Part shown: piece by piece, positions 52,984 through 64,000 of the stretch | Numbering within the stretch: the stretch's first letter is position 1 | How the letters are laid out: every line of letters starts with the position of its first letter | Notes under the pieces: generated by a model | The model's input: the letters and a program-made list of their open reading frames with translations, nothing else | What the model was told of the DNA's origin: nothing | The model's database searches: none | Assembly: GCA_963662615.2 (NCBI GenBank) | Contig: CAXXSR010000002.1 | Span: 256,001-320,000, forward strand | DNA: 64,000 nucleotides | Reading direction: 5' to 3' | Source of the DNA: Dehalococcoidia bacterium | GTDB taxonomy: Bacteria; Chloroflexota; Dehalococcoidia; Bin125 | Position numbers and translations under genes: made by a program

Positions 52984-53230
52984 TCGTTCGGCTTACGCGG
53001 CCAGAGCAACCATCGACGGTCTGAGTTTACCCACCATGCCACGTCCCGTAGCAGTCGGCCCGTAGCACACACAGCGAGGAGACTGCCGACGACCTTCGCT
53101 CCGCGGCGGCTGACCTGGAACGGCCGATGCCGGCGCAAGAGCGAGGACAGGCTCCTCTGTGCGGTCAACTCTCTCGACTATCCGGCGGCACACTATGGCA
53201 ATGTGGTCATGGCTCTGAAAGGAGGCGCCC

Positions 53231-53445
53231 ATGACGACCGCCTGCGCCATCCCCGCTCAGTTCGGCAATTCCGCCGCCGGCTGGGAGCGTGCCCTTGACG
53301 CCTTCCTCGCCGAGAAGGAGCGCCGCTCCGGCTCCCGCCGCATCGTGGAAAGCTACTCCCGGATGCTGCAGCACTTCTTCGGTCAGCTGGGGAAGCCGCC
53401 GGAGCAGGTCCGTCCGCCTGAGGTCTTGGCCTGGGCCGTAGGGGA
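53231..53445 (+). pseudogene. Tyrosine recombinase/integrase N-terminal remnant
   Basis: AAAGGAGG RBS; WERALDAFLAEKERRSGSRR.VESYSRML..FF....K.PEQV resembles an integrase SAM-like domain; no catalytic domain; next to a tRNA 3' end. Confidence 0.65.
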
Positions 53446-53605
53446 GGCACGTTCCTCGTGCGTCCTCGCTCGTGTCGCCTCGTGCTGCCTTACATCACCC
53501 CGTTGGGCGCCAGATGGGCGGCAAATCGTGGTCGGGCCGGTCCTGCGTGGGACGGTCGGGTTGCGGCGACGGTGCTGTTCGACCGTCGCCAGCAGATAGG
53601 AAAGG

Positions 53606-53703
53606 TGGCGGGAGCGCATGGGAGTCGAACCCACCCAGGACAGCGCGAGCTGCCCCGCAACGGTTTTGAAGACCGCGAGGACCACCAGGCCCCTTCCGCT
53701 CCC
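53606..53703 (-). tRNA. selC: tRNA-Sec (anticodon UCA)
   Basis: GGGAGCGG-AA-GGGGCC TGGT GGTCCT (6-bp D stem, 4-nt loop); CT-TCA-AA anticodon loop; long variable arm; GTTCGACTC; G discriminator plus CCA. Confidence 0.95.
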
Positions 53704-53899
53704 GCGAATGGGCGGAGTCGCGGCCGACGGTAGCACACGCGTGGCCGGCGGCGGGCAGCAGGGAAGGACGATCGCCCGCTCAGGGGGAGCCGGCGCCGAG
53801 CCGCTTCTGCTCTCACGGGCTGCAGGGACTGGCTTCAGGGACTGGGAGCCGGCGTCGCCCCGACTCTCCAGCGAGGCGTGTCCCGCCGGGCAGGGACGT

Positions 53900-54226
53900 T
53901 TAGTTGAGCGCTTCGTCGAGCCGCTTCTTGAGGTCGCCCTTGGGGCGGAAGCCGACGATCTGTCCGACCGGCTCGCCGCCTTTGAAGACCAGCAAGGTAG
54001 GGATGCTGCGGATCCCGTACGTGGTCGCAACGCGGGGATTGTCATCCGTGTTGAGTTTGTAAAAGGCGACCCGGCCCGCGTACTCGTCGGCTAACTCTTC
54101 CACGACCGGCGCAACCATGCGGCAGGGGCCGCACCACGGCGCCCAGAAGTCCACGAGCACGGGAACGTTGTTCTCAAGGACTTCGCTCTGGAAGGTGTCG
54201 TCGGTGACGTCGGTGGGTTTCGCCAT
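53900..54226 (-). CDS. trxA: Thioredoxin
   Basis: VDFWAPWCGPCR, SIPTL. Confidence 0.96.
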   Translation of the reverse strand: MAKPTDVTDDTFQSEVLENNVPVLVDFWAPWCGPCRMVAPVVEELADEYAGRVAFYKLNTDDNPRVATTYGIRSIPTLLVFKGGEPVGQIVGFRPKGDLKKRLDEALN

Positions 54227-54302
54227 AGTCTCTGCCCTTCGCGCAGCGCCGTGTGGATGGTGCCACATGTCATTTTACTGGCCGCCGGCCCTTGCCGGCT
54301 CT

Positions 54303-54331
54303 TTGACAGTAGGAGCGCTGCCGCCTAGGAT
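54303..54331 (+). promoter_or_regulatory. Sigma70 promoter of the csoR-like gene
   Basis: TTGACA-N17-TAGGAT. Confidence 0.65.
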
Positions 54332-54338
54332 CATATTG

Positions 54339-54357
54339 TATACCCATACCTGGTATA
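54339..54357. promoter_or_regulatory. CsoR/RcnR-type operator
   Basis: Inverted repeat TATACC-N7-GGTATA just downstream of the -10 box. Confidence 0.65.
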
Positions 54358-54410
54358 TGCATATGGCTGGTTGATGGGTCTGCATCTGTCGCGCGTGGAA
54401 CAGAGGCGCC

Positions 54411-54695
54411 GTGGAACGAGCATCGGAGATGGACACCAGCGCACAGGTCCACGCACGCCTGCGCCGTGTGGAGGGCCAGGTTCAGGGCGTCCAGCGAATG
54501 CTCCATGAGGGCCGCCGCTGTGAGGATGTGCTGACACAGCTGCTGGCGATCCGCGCCGCCGTGGAGCAGGCCTTCTTCGTGATGACAGAGCAGCACATCC
54601 GGGATTGCATCCTGGGCGACGAGCTTGAACGTGACGATCCGCGGGTGCAACAGATCGTGGACGCGCTGAAATTGCTGGCCCGGTCAGGCGCCTAG
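54411..54695 (+). CDS. CsoR/RcnR family metal- or thiol-sensing repressor
   Basis: RLRRVEGQVQGVQRM, C.DVLTQ, H...C (Cys-His-Cys); alternative start 54429. Confidence 0.9.
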   Translation: MERASEMDTSAQVHARLRRVEGQVQGVQRMLHEGRRCEDVLTQLLAIRAAVEQAFFVMTEQHIRDCILGDELERDDPRVQQIVDALKLLARSGA

Positions 54696-54702
54696 CCTTC
54701 GA

Positions 54703-55797
54703 CTAGCCTTCACCATCGGGGTTGACGGCGCTCTCGGCGGGCTCGGTCAGCCCCTCGGACGGGGCGCCGGCCCGGCTCCGAGGTCCCACCGGGGGAGAGT
54801 CCGGTGGGCGCAGCGCCTCCCGGATGGCGAGCACGAACCGCGATTCGGCCACGTTGCGCGCCAGGCGGACGCCGCTAGTCACGGCTTGCGCCTCCGCGCG
54901 ACCGTGGCCGATGATGACCGCCCCGTTCACGCCGAACAAGGGAGCCCCACCCACTCGCCGATAGTCCATGCTCTCGCGGAGTGCGGCGAAGGCGCCGCGA
55001 ATGAACCAGGCGCCCGCGACGTAGCGGGGTTTGCTCCGAATCCCACGCCGGAGCTGACCGGCCAGGAAGGCGGCGACGCCCTCCGCCACCTTCACGGCGA
55101 TGTTCCCGTTGAAGCCGTCCGTCACGACGACGTCGGCGTGGCCGTCGAGGAGTGCGTTGCCCTCAATGTTGCCCACAAAGTTGGGTTCGGTCCGCCGCAG
55201 CAGGGCATAGGCCTCCCGCGCCAACAGATTGCCCTTCGACTCCTCTTCGCCGACGTTGAGGAGCCCCACGGTGGGGTCAGGCTGCCGGAGCACCCGCTCA
55301 AAATACGCCTTCCCCATGGTGGCGAACTGCGCGAGGTAGGCTGGGCGGCAGTCCACGCTGGCGCCGACGTCCAGCAGCAGAGTGTTGGAGCCGCGCGCGC
55401 TGTGAAACACCGCGCCCAGGGCCGGCCGATCGACGCCGGGGATGCGGCCCAAGGTGATCAGGCTGGCGGCCATGATGGCGCCGGTGTTGCCGAACGAGAC
55501 GAAGGCTCCGGCATCGCCGCGTTGGAGCAGCTCCAAACCAACCATGATCGACGAGCGCCGCTTCTGCCGGATCGTAGCGGCCGGCTGGTCGGCCATGTCC
55601 ACGACGTCGGCGGCGTCCTGCAGGCGGACGTTGGAGGGAGCCCGTGACAGGAGCGGAACCAGGTTCGCCGTGCGCCCAACGAGCACGACCTCCAAACCGG
55701 GGTCGCGGGCGGCGGCCAGAGCGCCCTCTACGACAGCCCGAGGCGCGTGGTCCCCACCCATGGCGTCGATGGCCACGACGGTCATGCGCTCCTCCAA
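54703..55797 (-). CDS. plsX: Phosphate acyltransferase PlsX
   Basis: AIDAMGGDHAP, GNTGA, RPAL, LLNVGEEESKG, TDGFNGN, GHG. Confidence 0.95.
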   Translation of the reverse strand: MEERMTVVAIDAMGGDHAPRAVVEGALAAARDPGLEVVLVGRTANLVPLLSRAPSNVRLQDAADVVDMADQPAATIRQKRRSSIMVGLELLQRGDAGAFVSFGNTGAIMAASLITLGRIPGVDRPALGAVFHSARGSNTLLLDVGASVDCRPAYLAQFATMGKAYFERVLRQPDPTVGLLNVGEEESKGNLLAREAYALLRRTEPNFVGNIEGNALLDGHADVVVTDGFNGNIAVKVAEGVAAFLAGQLRRGIRSKPRYVAGAWFIRGAFAALRESMDYRRVGGAPLFGVNGAVIIGHGRAEAQAVTSGVRLARNVAESRFVLAIREALRPPDSPPVGPRSRAGAPSEGLTEPAESAVNPDGEG

Positions 55798-55842
55798 AAT
55801 TCTTGCCTGCGCACGGCCACGCCTCCCGGGGGGCCGGTGTGA

Positions 55843-57129
55843 TTACGACGAGGCGCAGCGAAAGGCATCAAGGCTCGGTTGCGCCTGGGCCCGCGCATCT
55901 TCGGCGCTAAAGGACTCAAGGACGAAGGAGCGACCGCTGGAGCGGCAGTACCAGACAAAGACGGCCACCTCGCTGGAGACGCCCTCCGCGTCGGTTAAGG
56001 TCGCGATGGCGAAGCGGCCGGTGATGTCCTCCCCAGCGGTCAGATCGCTCCGCTCCCGCTCCTCGATCTGGGCGTCCGGCGGCGGTGCGAGCGCCTCGGT
56101 CAGGGCGGCCTCGGGATCGAAGACATCTTCGCTGACGGTGTCCCAGGCCAGGACGAGTTCGGTCTGGCCCGTGCCGGCCTGCTGGAAGAAGAGGCCGGCT
56201 TCGAAGGAAGGGAGGCGACCGAGGTTGCCCAGTTCGCCGTTGAAGGAGTCCAGGTTGTAGGGGTAGACGAACTCCCACTTGCTGTAGAGCCCGGGCACAC
56301 TGGCAGGGTTGCGGCGCGCCAGGAACGAATCCAGAGACTGCTGGAAGAACGGCTCCACTTCCGCGAACGACTCGGCAATAGAGCCCGTGTTGACGAAGTA
56401 GGCAATGGGACCCACCTGTACGATTAGGCTGCGCCAACGCTCCTGGACGCCCCCTGCGGACGTCCGGTCAAACTCCCAATCCAGGATCAGCGCGGGGCTC
56501 ACGCCATCCGCGGCCAACACGATCTCCTGTCGCTCCAGGATGGCGAACGACTCGTCGAGTTCCCGCTCACGCCGCCAGATCTCCTCCAGCTCGGCCAGGG
56601 CGGGCGGATTCTCCTCGTCGGCGGCGCGCACGGCGATGGTGATCAAGGCCCGGATGGTGTCGGAGCGGAAGCCCACCTGGTCAATGCCGGCGGAATTGAC
56701 GTTGCAGAACGGCTCGCAAATCAGTTCCAGGATATAGCCGTAGGTAGCGTTCTGGTAGCGCCGGACGATGTCATCCGCCAAGTCAATTTCATCCGGGTCC
56801 AGGGGGGGTTCGGAATCCGCCGGTGCGGCGTCGGCGCCCGTGGCCGGCTCCTCGTCAGCAGGGGGCGCCTCGTCGGCAGGAGGCGCCGCGGCCTCCGGCT
56901 GGTCGTCCGGCTGGTCCGCCTCCGGCGCGGCCGGCTGGTCCGTGGGCTCGGGAGCTTCGGAGGGGGCCGCTTCCGCCGGGACCACGTCCGCTGGGGCTGA
57001 GGGCGCTTCCCGGAGGAACTCGTCGACCTCGACGTCATCGTTGGGGTTGCCACCGCAGGCCGCGATCAGCGCCGCCGCCGCGATGGCCGCGACGCCGAGC
57101 CAGATCCCTCTGCGATGGCGGAGGATCAT
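55843..57129 (-). CDS. Hypothetical lipoprotein with an acidic Pro/Ala linker
   Basis: MILRHRR..LIAAC lipobox; acidic low-complexity linker; globular C-terminal region. Confidence 0.7.
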   Translation of the reverse strand: MILRHRRGIWLGVAAIAAAALIAACGGNPNDDVEVDEFLREAPSAPADVVPAEAAPSEAPEPTDQPAAPEADQPDDQPEAAAPPADEAPPADEEPATGADAAPADSEPPLDPDEIDLADDIVRRYQNATYGYILELICEPFCNVNSAGIDQVGFRSDTIRALITIAVRAADEENPPALAELEEIWRRERELDESFAILERQEIVLAADGVSPALILDWEFDRTSAGGVQERWRSLIVQVGPIAYFVNTGSIAESFAEVEPFFQQSLDSFLARRNPASVPGLYSKWEFVYPYNLDSFNGELGNLGRLPSFEAGLFFQQAGTGQTELVLAWDTVSEDVFDPEAALTEALAPPPDAQIEERERSDLTAGEDITGRFAIATLTDAEGVSSEVAVFVWYCRSSGRSFVLESFSAEDARAQAQPSLDAFRCASS

Positions 57130-57623
57130 TCGGCCTCCTCCCCCTGCGGCCGGGGCGCGGCCACGACCATGTGGCGGTCGCCGGCCCCTAGGGGATGGAG
57201 GTCGTACGAGCCGTAGCACTACTGCACCGCCAACCCGGCTGTTCTGAGCACGGGTTCCATGCCATGGCCATTTCATGGCGACTTCGAAATCATGACGGAA
57301 GGCGCGACGGAGAGGAGATCGTGCGATCGTCCCTTCGACGCGGCCGCTGTCGCGAGGCTCATAATACATGGACGTGACGGACTGAGTTTGCGAGGCCGGC
57401 TCCGCCTCCCCCGTGGCGAATGCGATCACGGTGGCGCCGGTCTCCGGGCGGCGGCGCATCCATGCCAGCAGAGGGGGCATTCCTGGAGAGGGGGCGCGGT
57501 CCGAGGCGCCAGTCGTCGGCGATGCAGGGTAGGAGGCCGCCTGCGGCGGCCGGAGCCGTCGTTTGACGCCGGCCGGAGCCAGTTCTTAGGCTGAGCGCCG
57601 ACCGGAAGGCGGATGCGGTGAGC

Positions 57624-58136
57624 ATGGACCTGCGCGCGCTGATCCGCGAGATCCCGGACTTTCCAGAACCGAACATTCTCTTCCGCGACATCACGCCGCT
57701 GCTGGGCAACGCGGCGGCGTACCGCCAGGCGATTGACTGGTTCGCCTCCTGCTGCGCAGACGAACGCATTGACGCAGTGGTCGGCATTGAATCACGGGGG
57801 TTCATCTTCGGCGCGCCGCTGGCCGAGCGGCTGGGGGCAGGCTTCGTCCCGGTGCGCAAACCGGGCAGGCTGCCGGCGGATCGACACCGGGAAGAGTATC
57901 GGCTGGAATACGGCTCCAACGTGCTGGAGATCCACCAGGATGCGTTGCAACCCGGCCAGCGCGCCGTGATCGTGGACGATCTCCTCGCCACGGGTGGAAC
58001 GGCACTGGCGACGGTGAAACTGGTGGAGCGGACCGGCGCGGCGATCCACTCTCTGGCCTTTCTCATTGAACTTTCTGAGCTCAAAGGGCGGGACCGACTG
58101 GCGCACTACCGTGTTCAATCGATGATGACGTTTTGA
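57624..58136 (+). CDS. apt: Adenine phosphoribosyltransferase
   Basis: IPDFP..F.DITPLL, ESRGF, RKPG.LP, LEYG, VDDLLATGGT. Confidence 0.96.
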   Translation: MDLRALIREIPDFPEPNILFRDITPLLGNAAAYRQAIDWFASCCADERIDAVVGIESRGFIFGAPLAERLGAGFVPVRKPGRLPADRHREEYRLEYGSNVLEIHQDALQPGQRAVIVDDLLATGGTALATVKLVERTGAAIHSLAFLIELSELKGRDRLAHYRVQSMMTF

Positions 58137-58239
58137 ATCGCCAGAGTGGAGGGCGAGCGCGCGTCGCCGGTCCGCAATCCCGAAACGCGCGCGTCGCTTG
58201 ACGCTCTTCTGAGCGCGTGCCTACGCTGCCAAAGCGCAA

Positions 58240-58354
58240 CTCTTATTGAGAGTGGTGGAGGGACCGGCCCGACGAAGTCCGGCAAGCGGTCGCAGCGCGA
58301 CTCGGTGCCTAATGCGGCCGGCGGATTCCCATTGCGCGTGGGGCTGCCATGGGG
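58240..58354 (+). ncRNA. SAM-I (S-box)-like riboswitch, divergent
   Basis: CTTATT-GAGAG-TGGT-GGAGGG-ACCGG-CCC-GACGAA-GTCC-GGCAA...GGTGCC follows the SAM-I consensus; upstream of the mtnP-ahcY-metK operon. Confidence 0.75.
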
Positions 58355-58606
58355 CGTTCCCGCCTTCTGACGGGCGCCTGCCACGTTGTGGTACTGCGAT
58401 GGTGTCTCATCCGGCCGAGCACCGCGCCGGCGTCGTCCGGCACGGTTACACGGCTGCGGGCGTGCCTTCTTTCGAGCGGCGCGGGGAGAACGTAGTGGGT
58501 GTGTCGATGGAGTGGCGAAGCGTGAGCCGATCGATCGTGGTCACGGCCGTGGCGCGCAGCGCCCGCGAGGGCCGGAGGGGACCGGGGACGCGAACGGATC
58601 CGCCCG

Positions 58607-59479
58607 GTGCCTGAGCCCGAGGCGCAGATCGCCGTGATTGGCGGCTCCGGGTTTTACGCAATGGAGGGGTTGGCGGGGCTGACGACGTGGAACCCGCAGA
58701 CGCCCTTCGGCCACCCCAGCGACGCGATCACCGCGGGTACGCTCCAGGGCACGCGCGTTGCCTTTCTGCCTCGGCACGGCGCGGGGCACGCTCTCCTGCC
58801 GCAAGAGATCCCGGTGAAAGCGAACGTGTGGGCCCTGAAGACGTTGGGCGTTCAAGGGATCATTGCCGTGAGCGCGGTAGGCTCCCTGCGCCAGGAGATC
58901 GCGCCGCTGCACATGGTCGTGCCGGATCAGATCGTCGATCGCACGCACCACACGCGCCCCACGACGTTTTTCGGCGAGGGGATCGTGGCGCACGTGGGAT
59001 TCGCCGACCCGTTCTGTCCAGATCTTAGCGTGCGGCTGGTGGCGTCGGGGCGGGCCCTGGGCAAGACGATGCACGCCGGGGGCGCCTATGTCTGTGTGGA
59101 GGGGCCCCTCTTCTCGACGCGGGCGGAGACGCAGATCTATCGGTCGTGGGGCGCGTCGATCATTGGCATGACCGCGCTGCCAGAGGCGCAACTGGCGCGC
59201 GAAGCGGAGATCTCCTACGCCATGCTGGCGACCGCAACCGACTACGACGTCTGGCACGAGTCGGAGGAAGATGTATCGGCGGAGCTGGTGGTGCAACGAA
59301 TGAGGGAGAATGTGGCAGCGGCGCAGGCGATCGTGTCGCACCTGCTGGGCGACTTGCCAGCGGGCTGGGTCAGCACGGCCCAAGGCGCGCTGAAGGATGC
59401 GATTGTGACGGACCCGGCGCGGATTCCCGCCAAGGTGAAAGAGGAACTCGCCCCGATCGTTGGAGCGTACTTGTCATGA
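58607..59479 (+). CDS. mtnP: S-methyl-5'-thioadenosine phosphorylase
   Basis: IGGSGFY, FLPRHG, SAVGSL, EGP.FSTRAE, GMT..PEA.LAREAE, TDYD.W. Confidence 0.95.
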   Translation: MPEPEAQIAVIGGSGFYAMEGLAGLTTWNPQTPFGHPSDAITAGTLQGTRVAFLPRHGAGHALLPQEIPVKANVWALKTLGVQGIIAVSAVGSLRQEIAPLHMVVPDQIVDRTHHTRPTTFFGEGIVAHVGFADPFCPDLSVRLVASGRALGKTMHAGGAYVCVEGPLFSTRAETQIYRSWGASIIGMTALPEAQLAREAEISYAMLATATDYDVWHESEEDVSAELVVQRMRENVAAAQAIVSHLLGDLPAGWVSTAQGALKDAIVTDPARIPAKVKEELAPIVGAYLS

Positions 59480-59528
59480 GCTGCGCCGCGGTGGGGGAAG
59501 TCACGATCGACGACGTTGAGACGCCGAC

Positions 59529-59532
<4 letters not shown>
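59476..59532 (+). pseudogene. 18-codon mini-ORF resembling the N-terminus of a PfkB-family kinase
   Basis: MSCAAVGEVTIDDVETPT*; ATGA overlap with the mtnP stop and with the GNAT start. Confidence 0.55.
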
Positions 59533-61719
<2,187 letters not shown>

Positions 61720-61726
61720 GGGATCT

Positions 61727-62935
61727 ATGTCAACGACCTTCTCTCAAGCGCCGAGCCTGCCGCTGACGTCGGAGTCGGTCACGGAGGGGCACCCGGACAA
61801 ACTTTGCGACCAGATCTCGGACGCGGTGCTGGACGCATGCCTGGAAGGGGACCGGAGTTCACGGGTGGCCTGCGAGACGGCCGTGACCACCGGGCTCGTG
61901 CTGGTTTTCGGCGAGATTACGACGGCCACGTACGTGGACATTGAGAGTCTGGTGCGCGACGTCATCCGCGATGTCGGCTACACGCATTCGGATCATGGCT
62001 TCGACGCGGATACGGCCGGCGTGCTCGTTTCCCTCAAAGAGCAGTCGCCGGACATTGCGGACGGGGTGCGCCGCTCCTGGGAAGTGCGGGAGGAGGCAGC
62101 GGCGGACCGGCACGATGAGCAGGGCGCCGGCGATCAGGGCATGGTGGTGGGATTCGCCTGTAACGAGACGGCGGAATACATGCCGCTCTCCATTGCGCTG
62201 GCGCATCAGTTGACGCGCCGTCTGGCGGCGGTCCGCCGATCCGCCTCCATCCCCTATCTGCTCCCGGACGGGAAGTCGCAGGTCACGGTGGAGTACGCCT
62301 ACGGTAAGCCGCGCCGGATCGCCGCCGTGGTGCTTTCCACGCAGCACGAGGATGGGGTGAGCCAGGAGCAGATCAAGCAGGACCTGCAAGAGCAGGTGAT
62401 CGACCAGGAACTCCCGCACCAACTGATGGACGAGGGGACTCGAATCTACGTCAACCCCTCCGGACGGTTCGTTGTGGGGGGACCCAAGGGCGATGCGGGT
62501 CTGACCGGTCGCAAGATCATCGTGGACACGTATGGGGGCGTGGCGCGCCACGGCGGCGGGGCGTTCTCCGGCAAGGACCCCTCGAAAGTTGACCGCTCCG
62601 GCGCCTACGCCGCTCGCTGGGTGGCGAAGAACGTTGTCGCCGCGGGCTTGGCCGAGCGGGTGGAGATGCAGGTGTCGTATGCGATCGGCGTCGCCAAGCC
62701 GATGTCCATCTCCATTGAGACATTCGGCACGGCCGTGGTGCCGGAAGAGGATATCGAGCGAATCGTGGCTGAGCACTTCGACCTGCGCCCGTCCGCCATT
62801 TTGGAAGCGTTGGGGCTGCAGCGACCGATTTACCGGCAGACGGCGGCGTACGGCCACTTCGGCCGGCCGGACATTGATCTGCCCTGGGAAAGCACGGCGA
62901 TGGCGGAGTCATTGCGTCGGGCGGCGGGACTCTAG
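61727..62935 (+). CDS. metK: Methionine adenosyltransferase
   Basis: [33 protein letters not shown]. Confidence 0.97.
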   Translation: MSTTFSQAPSLPLTSESVTEGHPDKLCDQISDAVLDACLEGDRSSRVACETAVTTGLVLVFGEITTATYVDIESLVRDVIRDVGYTHSDHGFDADTAGVLVSLKEQSPDIADGVRRSWEVREEAAADRHDEQGAGDQGMVVGFACNETAEYMPLSIALAHQLTRRLAAVRRSASIPYLLPDGKSQVTVEYAYGKPRRIAAVVLSTQHEDGVSQEQIKQDLQEQVIDQELPHQLMDEGTRIYVNPSGRFVVGGPKGDAGLTGRKIIVDTYGGVARHGGGAFSGKDPSKVDRSGAYAARWVAKNVVAAGLAERVEMQVSYAIGVAKPMSISIETFGTAVVPEEDIERIVAEHFDLRPSAILEALGLQRPIYRQTAAYGHFGRPDIDLPWESTAMAESLRRAAGL

Positions 62936-63023
62936 CCACACCGCTCCCGTGGATCCACGGCGCGACGCGACGCGGCAGCGCTGGGCGGAGGCCCGGAGGC
63001 GCTCCCGCCGCCCCGTGTCGCCC

Positions 63024-63428
63024 TTACCGCTTGGTGTACTGGGGCGCCTTGCGCGCGCGCTTGAGGCCGGGCTTTTTGCGCTCTTTGATGCGAGCGTCCC
63101 GAGTGAGAAGGCCGGCCTGTCGGAGGGGCTTGCGCAAGGTCTCGTCGGCTTCGACCAGCGCCCGGGCGACGCCCAACTGGATAGCGCCCGCCCAGCCGCT
63201 GACGCCCCCGCCCACGCACTTCACTTGGATGTTGAACTGGCCCTGCGCGTTGGCGACGACGAGGGGCTCTTCGATCTCCCGTCGGTGGATGGGGCGATGA
63301 AAGAGCTCGTCGATCTGCTTGCCGTTGATGACGATCGCGCCGTTGCCTGGATAGAGACGGACGCGGGCCACCGCCGTTTTGCGCCGGCCGGTGCCGTAGA
63401 AGTAGTGCCCCGCTGTAGCCGTGGTCAT
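63024..63428 (-). CDS. rpsI: 30S ribosomal protein S9
   Basis: [12 protein letters not shown]...[19 protein letters not shown]. Confidence 0.97.
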   Translation of the reverse strand: MTTATAGHYFYGTGRRKTAVARVRLYPGNGAIVINGKQIDELFHRPIHRREIEEPLVVANAQGQFNIQVKCVGGGVSGWAGAIQLGVARALVEADETLRKPLRQAGLLTRDARIKERKKPGLKRARKAPQYTKR

Positions 63429-63874
63429 GAGCGAGCCTCTGTCACCAACGCGGTCTCCGCCATCTGTCCGGCGTGAGGATGGTCCGGTCCCGCGTACACG
63501 CGCAAGCGTCGGAACTGTTGCCGCGCGAGCCGGTTCTTGGGCAGCATCCCGCGCACGGCCTTCTCCACCGGGCGCTCCGGGTAGCGAGCAAGCATGTCCT
63601 TGAGCACCATCTGCCGCAGTCCTCCCGGATAGCCGGAGTGGCTGTAGTAGGTTTTGTTTTCCAGCTTCCGCCCCGTGACGGCGACCTTGGCGGCATTGAT
63701 CACGATCACGTAGTCGCCCACGTCCATGGCCGGGGAGAAGCTGGGCTTGTGCTTGCCACGGAGCAGCGTGGCCACCTGCGTTGCCAGGCGCCCGAGGATC
63801 ACGTCGGCGGCGTCCAGGACGTGCCAGGCGCGCTGGACCTCACCTTTCCGGACCGCGTACGTCTTCATCGTCAT
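63425..63874 (-). CDS. rplM: 50S ribosomal protein L13
   Basis: [31 protein letters not shown]; start at 63874 or 63868. Confidence 0.97.
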   Translation of the reverse strand: MTMKTYAVRKGEVQRAWHVLDAADVILGRLATQVATLLRGKHKPSFSPAMDVGDYVIVINAAKVAVTGRKLENKTYYSHSGYPGGLRQMVLKDMLARYPERPVEKAVRGMLPKNRLARQQFRRLRVYAGPDHPHAGQMAETALVTEARS

Positions 63875-64000
63875 GATCCCACTCCTGCAGCTCCGCCAGA
63901 GCATAGCGTACGTGGACGAGCACCAGCCCCTGGGGAGGGGCCGCCGGGCCCGCCGCGCCGCAGCGCGGCTCCGCCAGCAAGCGCGCGACCACGGTGGGCT
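63840..64000 (-). CDS. truA: tRNA pseudouridine synthase TruA, 3' end (partial)
   Basis: [17 protein letters not shown]-terminal motif; truA-rplM-rpsI synteny. Confidence 0.8.
   Translation of the reverse strand, partial: PTVVARLLAEPRCGAAGPAAPPQGLVLVHVRYALAELQEWDHDDEDVRGPER

Noticed and set aside
63840-63874. truA overlapping the rplM start
   Set aside because: Short overlaps in truA-rplM-rpsI operons are ordinary

Overview
GC-rich bacterial chromosome segment, most consistent with Chloroflexota/Dehalococcoidia-like organisms. This placement is inferred from the Gram-positive-type SOS box, Firmicutes-like fliK-flgD-TIGR02530-flgE order, an LPNTGSGG motif and several orphan catabolic enzyme families. 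From left to right: flagellar hook genes with a degenerate cNMP-DUF2225 fusion; an acetoin-dehydrogenase-type cluster (acoA-acoB-acoX-E2-lpdA-lipB); lexA with an SOS box and flanking tandem repeats; holA; an alpha-glucoside-type ABC transporter with GH15, ROK and pgl; metF; a large surface protein frameshifted at a G8 tract; an accessory, partly decayed region (~37-53.6 kb) ending in an integrase remnant beside tRNA-Sec; trxA/csoR; plsX; apt; a SAM-I-like riboswitch leading mtnP-(mini-ORF)-GNAT-ahcY-metK; and rpsI-rplM-truA. The most unusual signals are a family of intergenic ~38-60 bp palindromes at 44.9-50.8 kb, a 115-bp duplication of the osmC tail flanking a 5.3-kb block, a SAM-I variant with changed core nucleotides, and an 18-codon PfkB-like vestige with ATGA overlaps at both ends. 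All calls come from motif recognition by eye; no searches were run.
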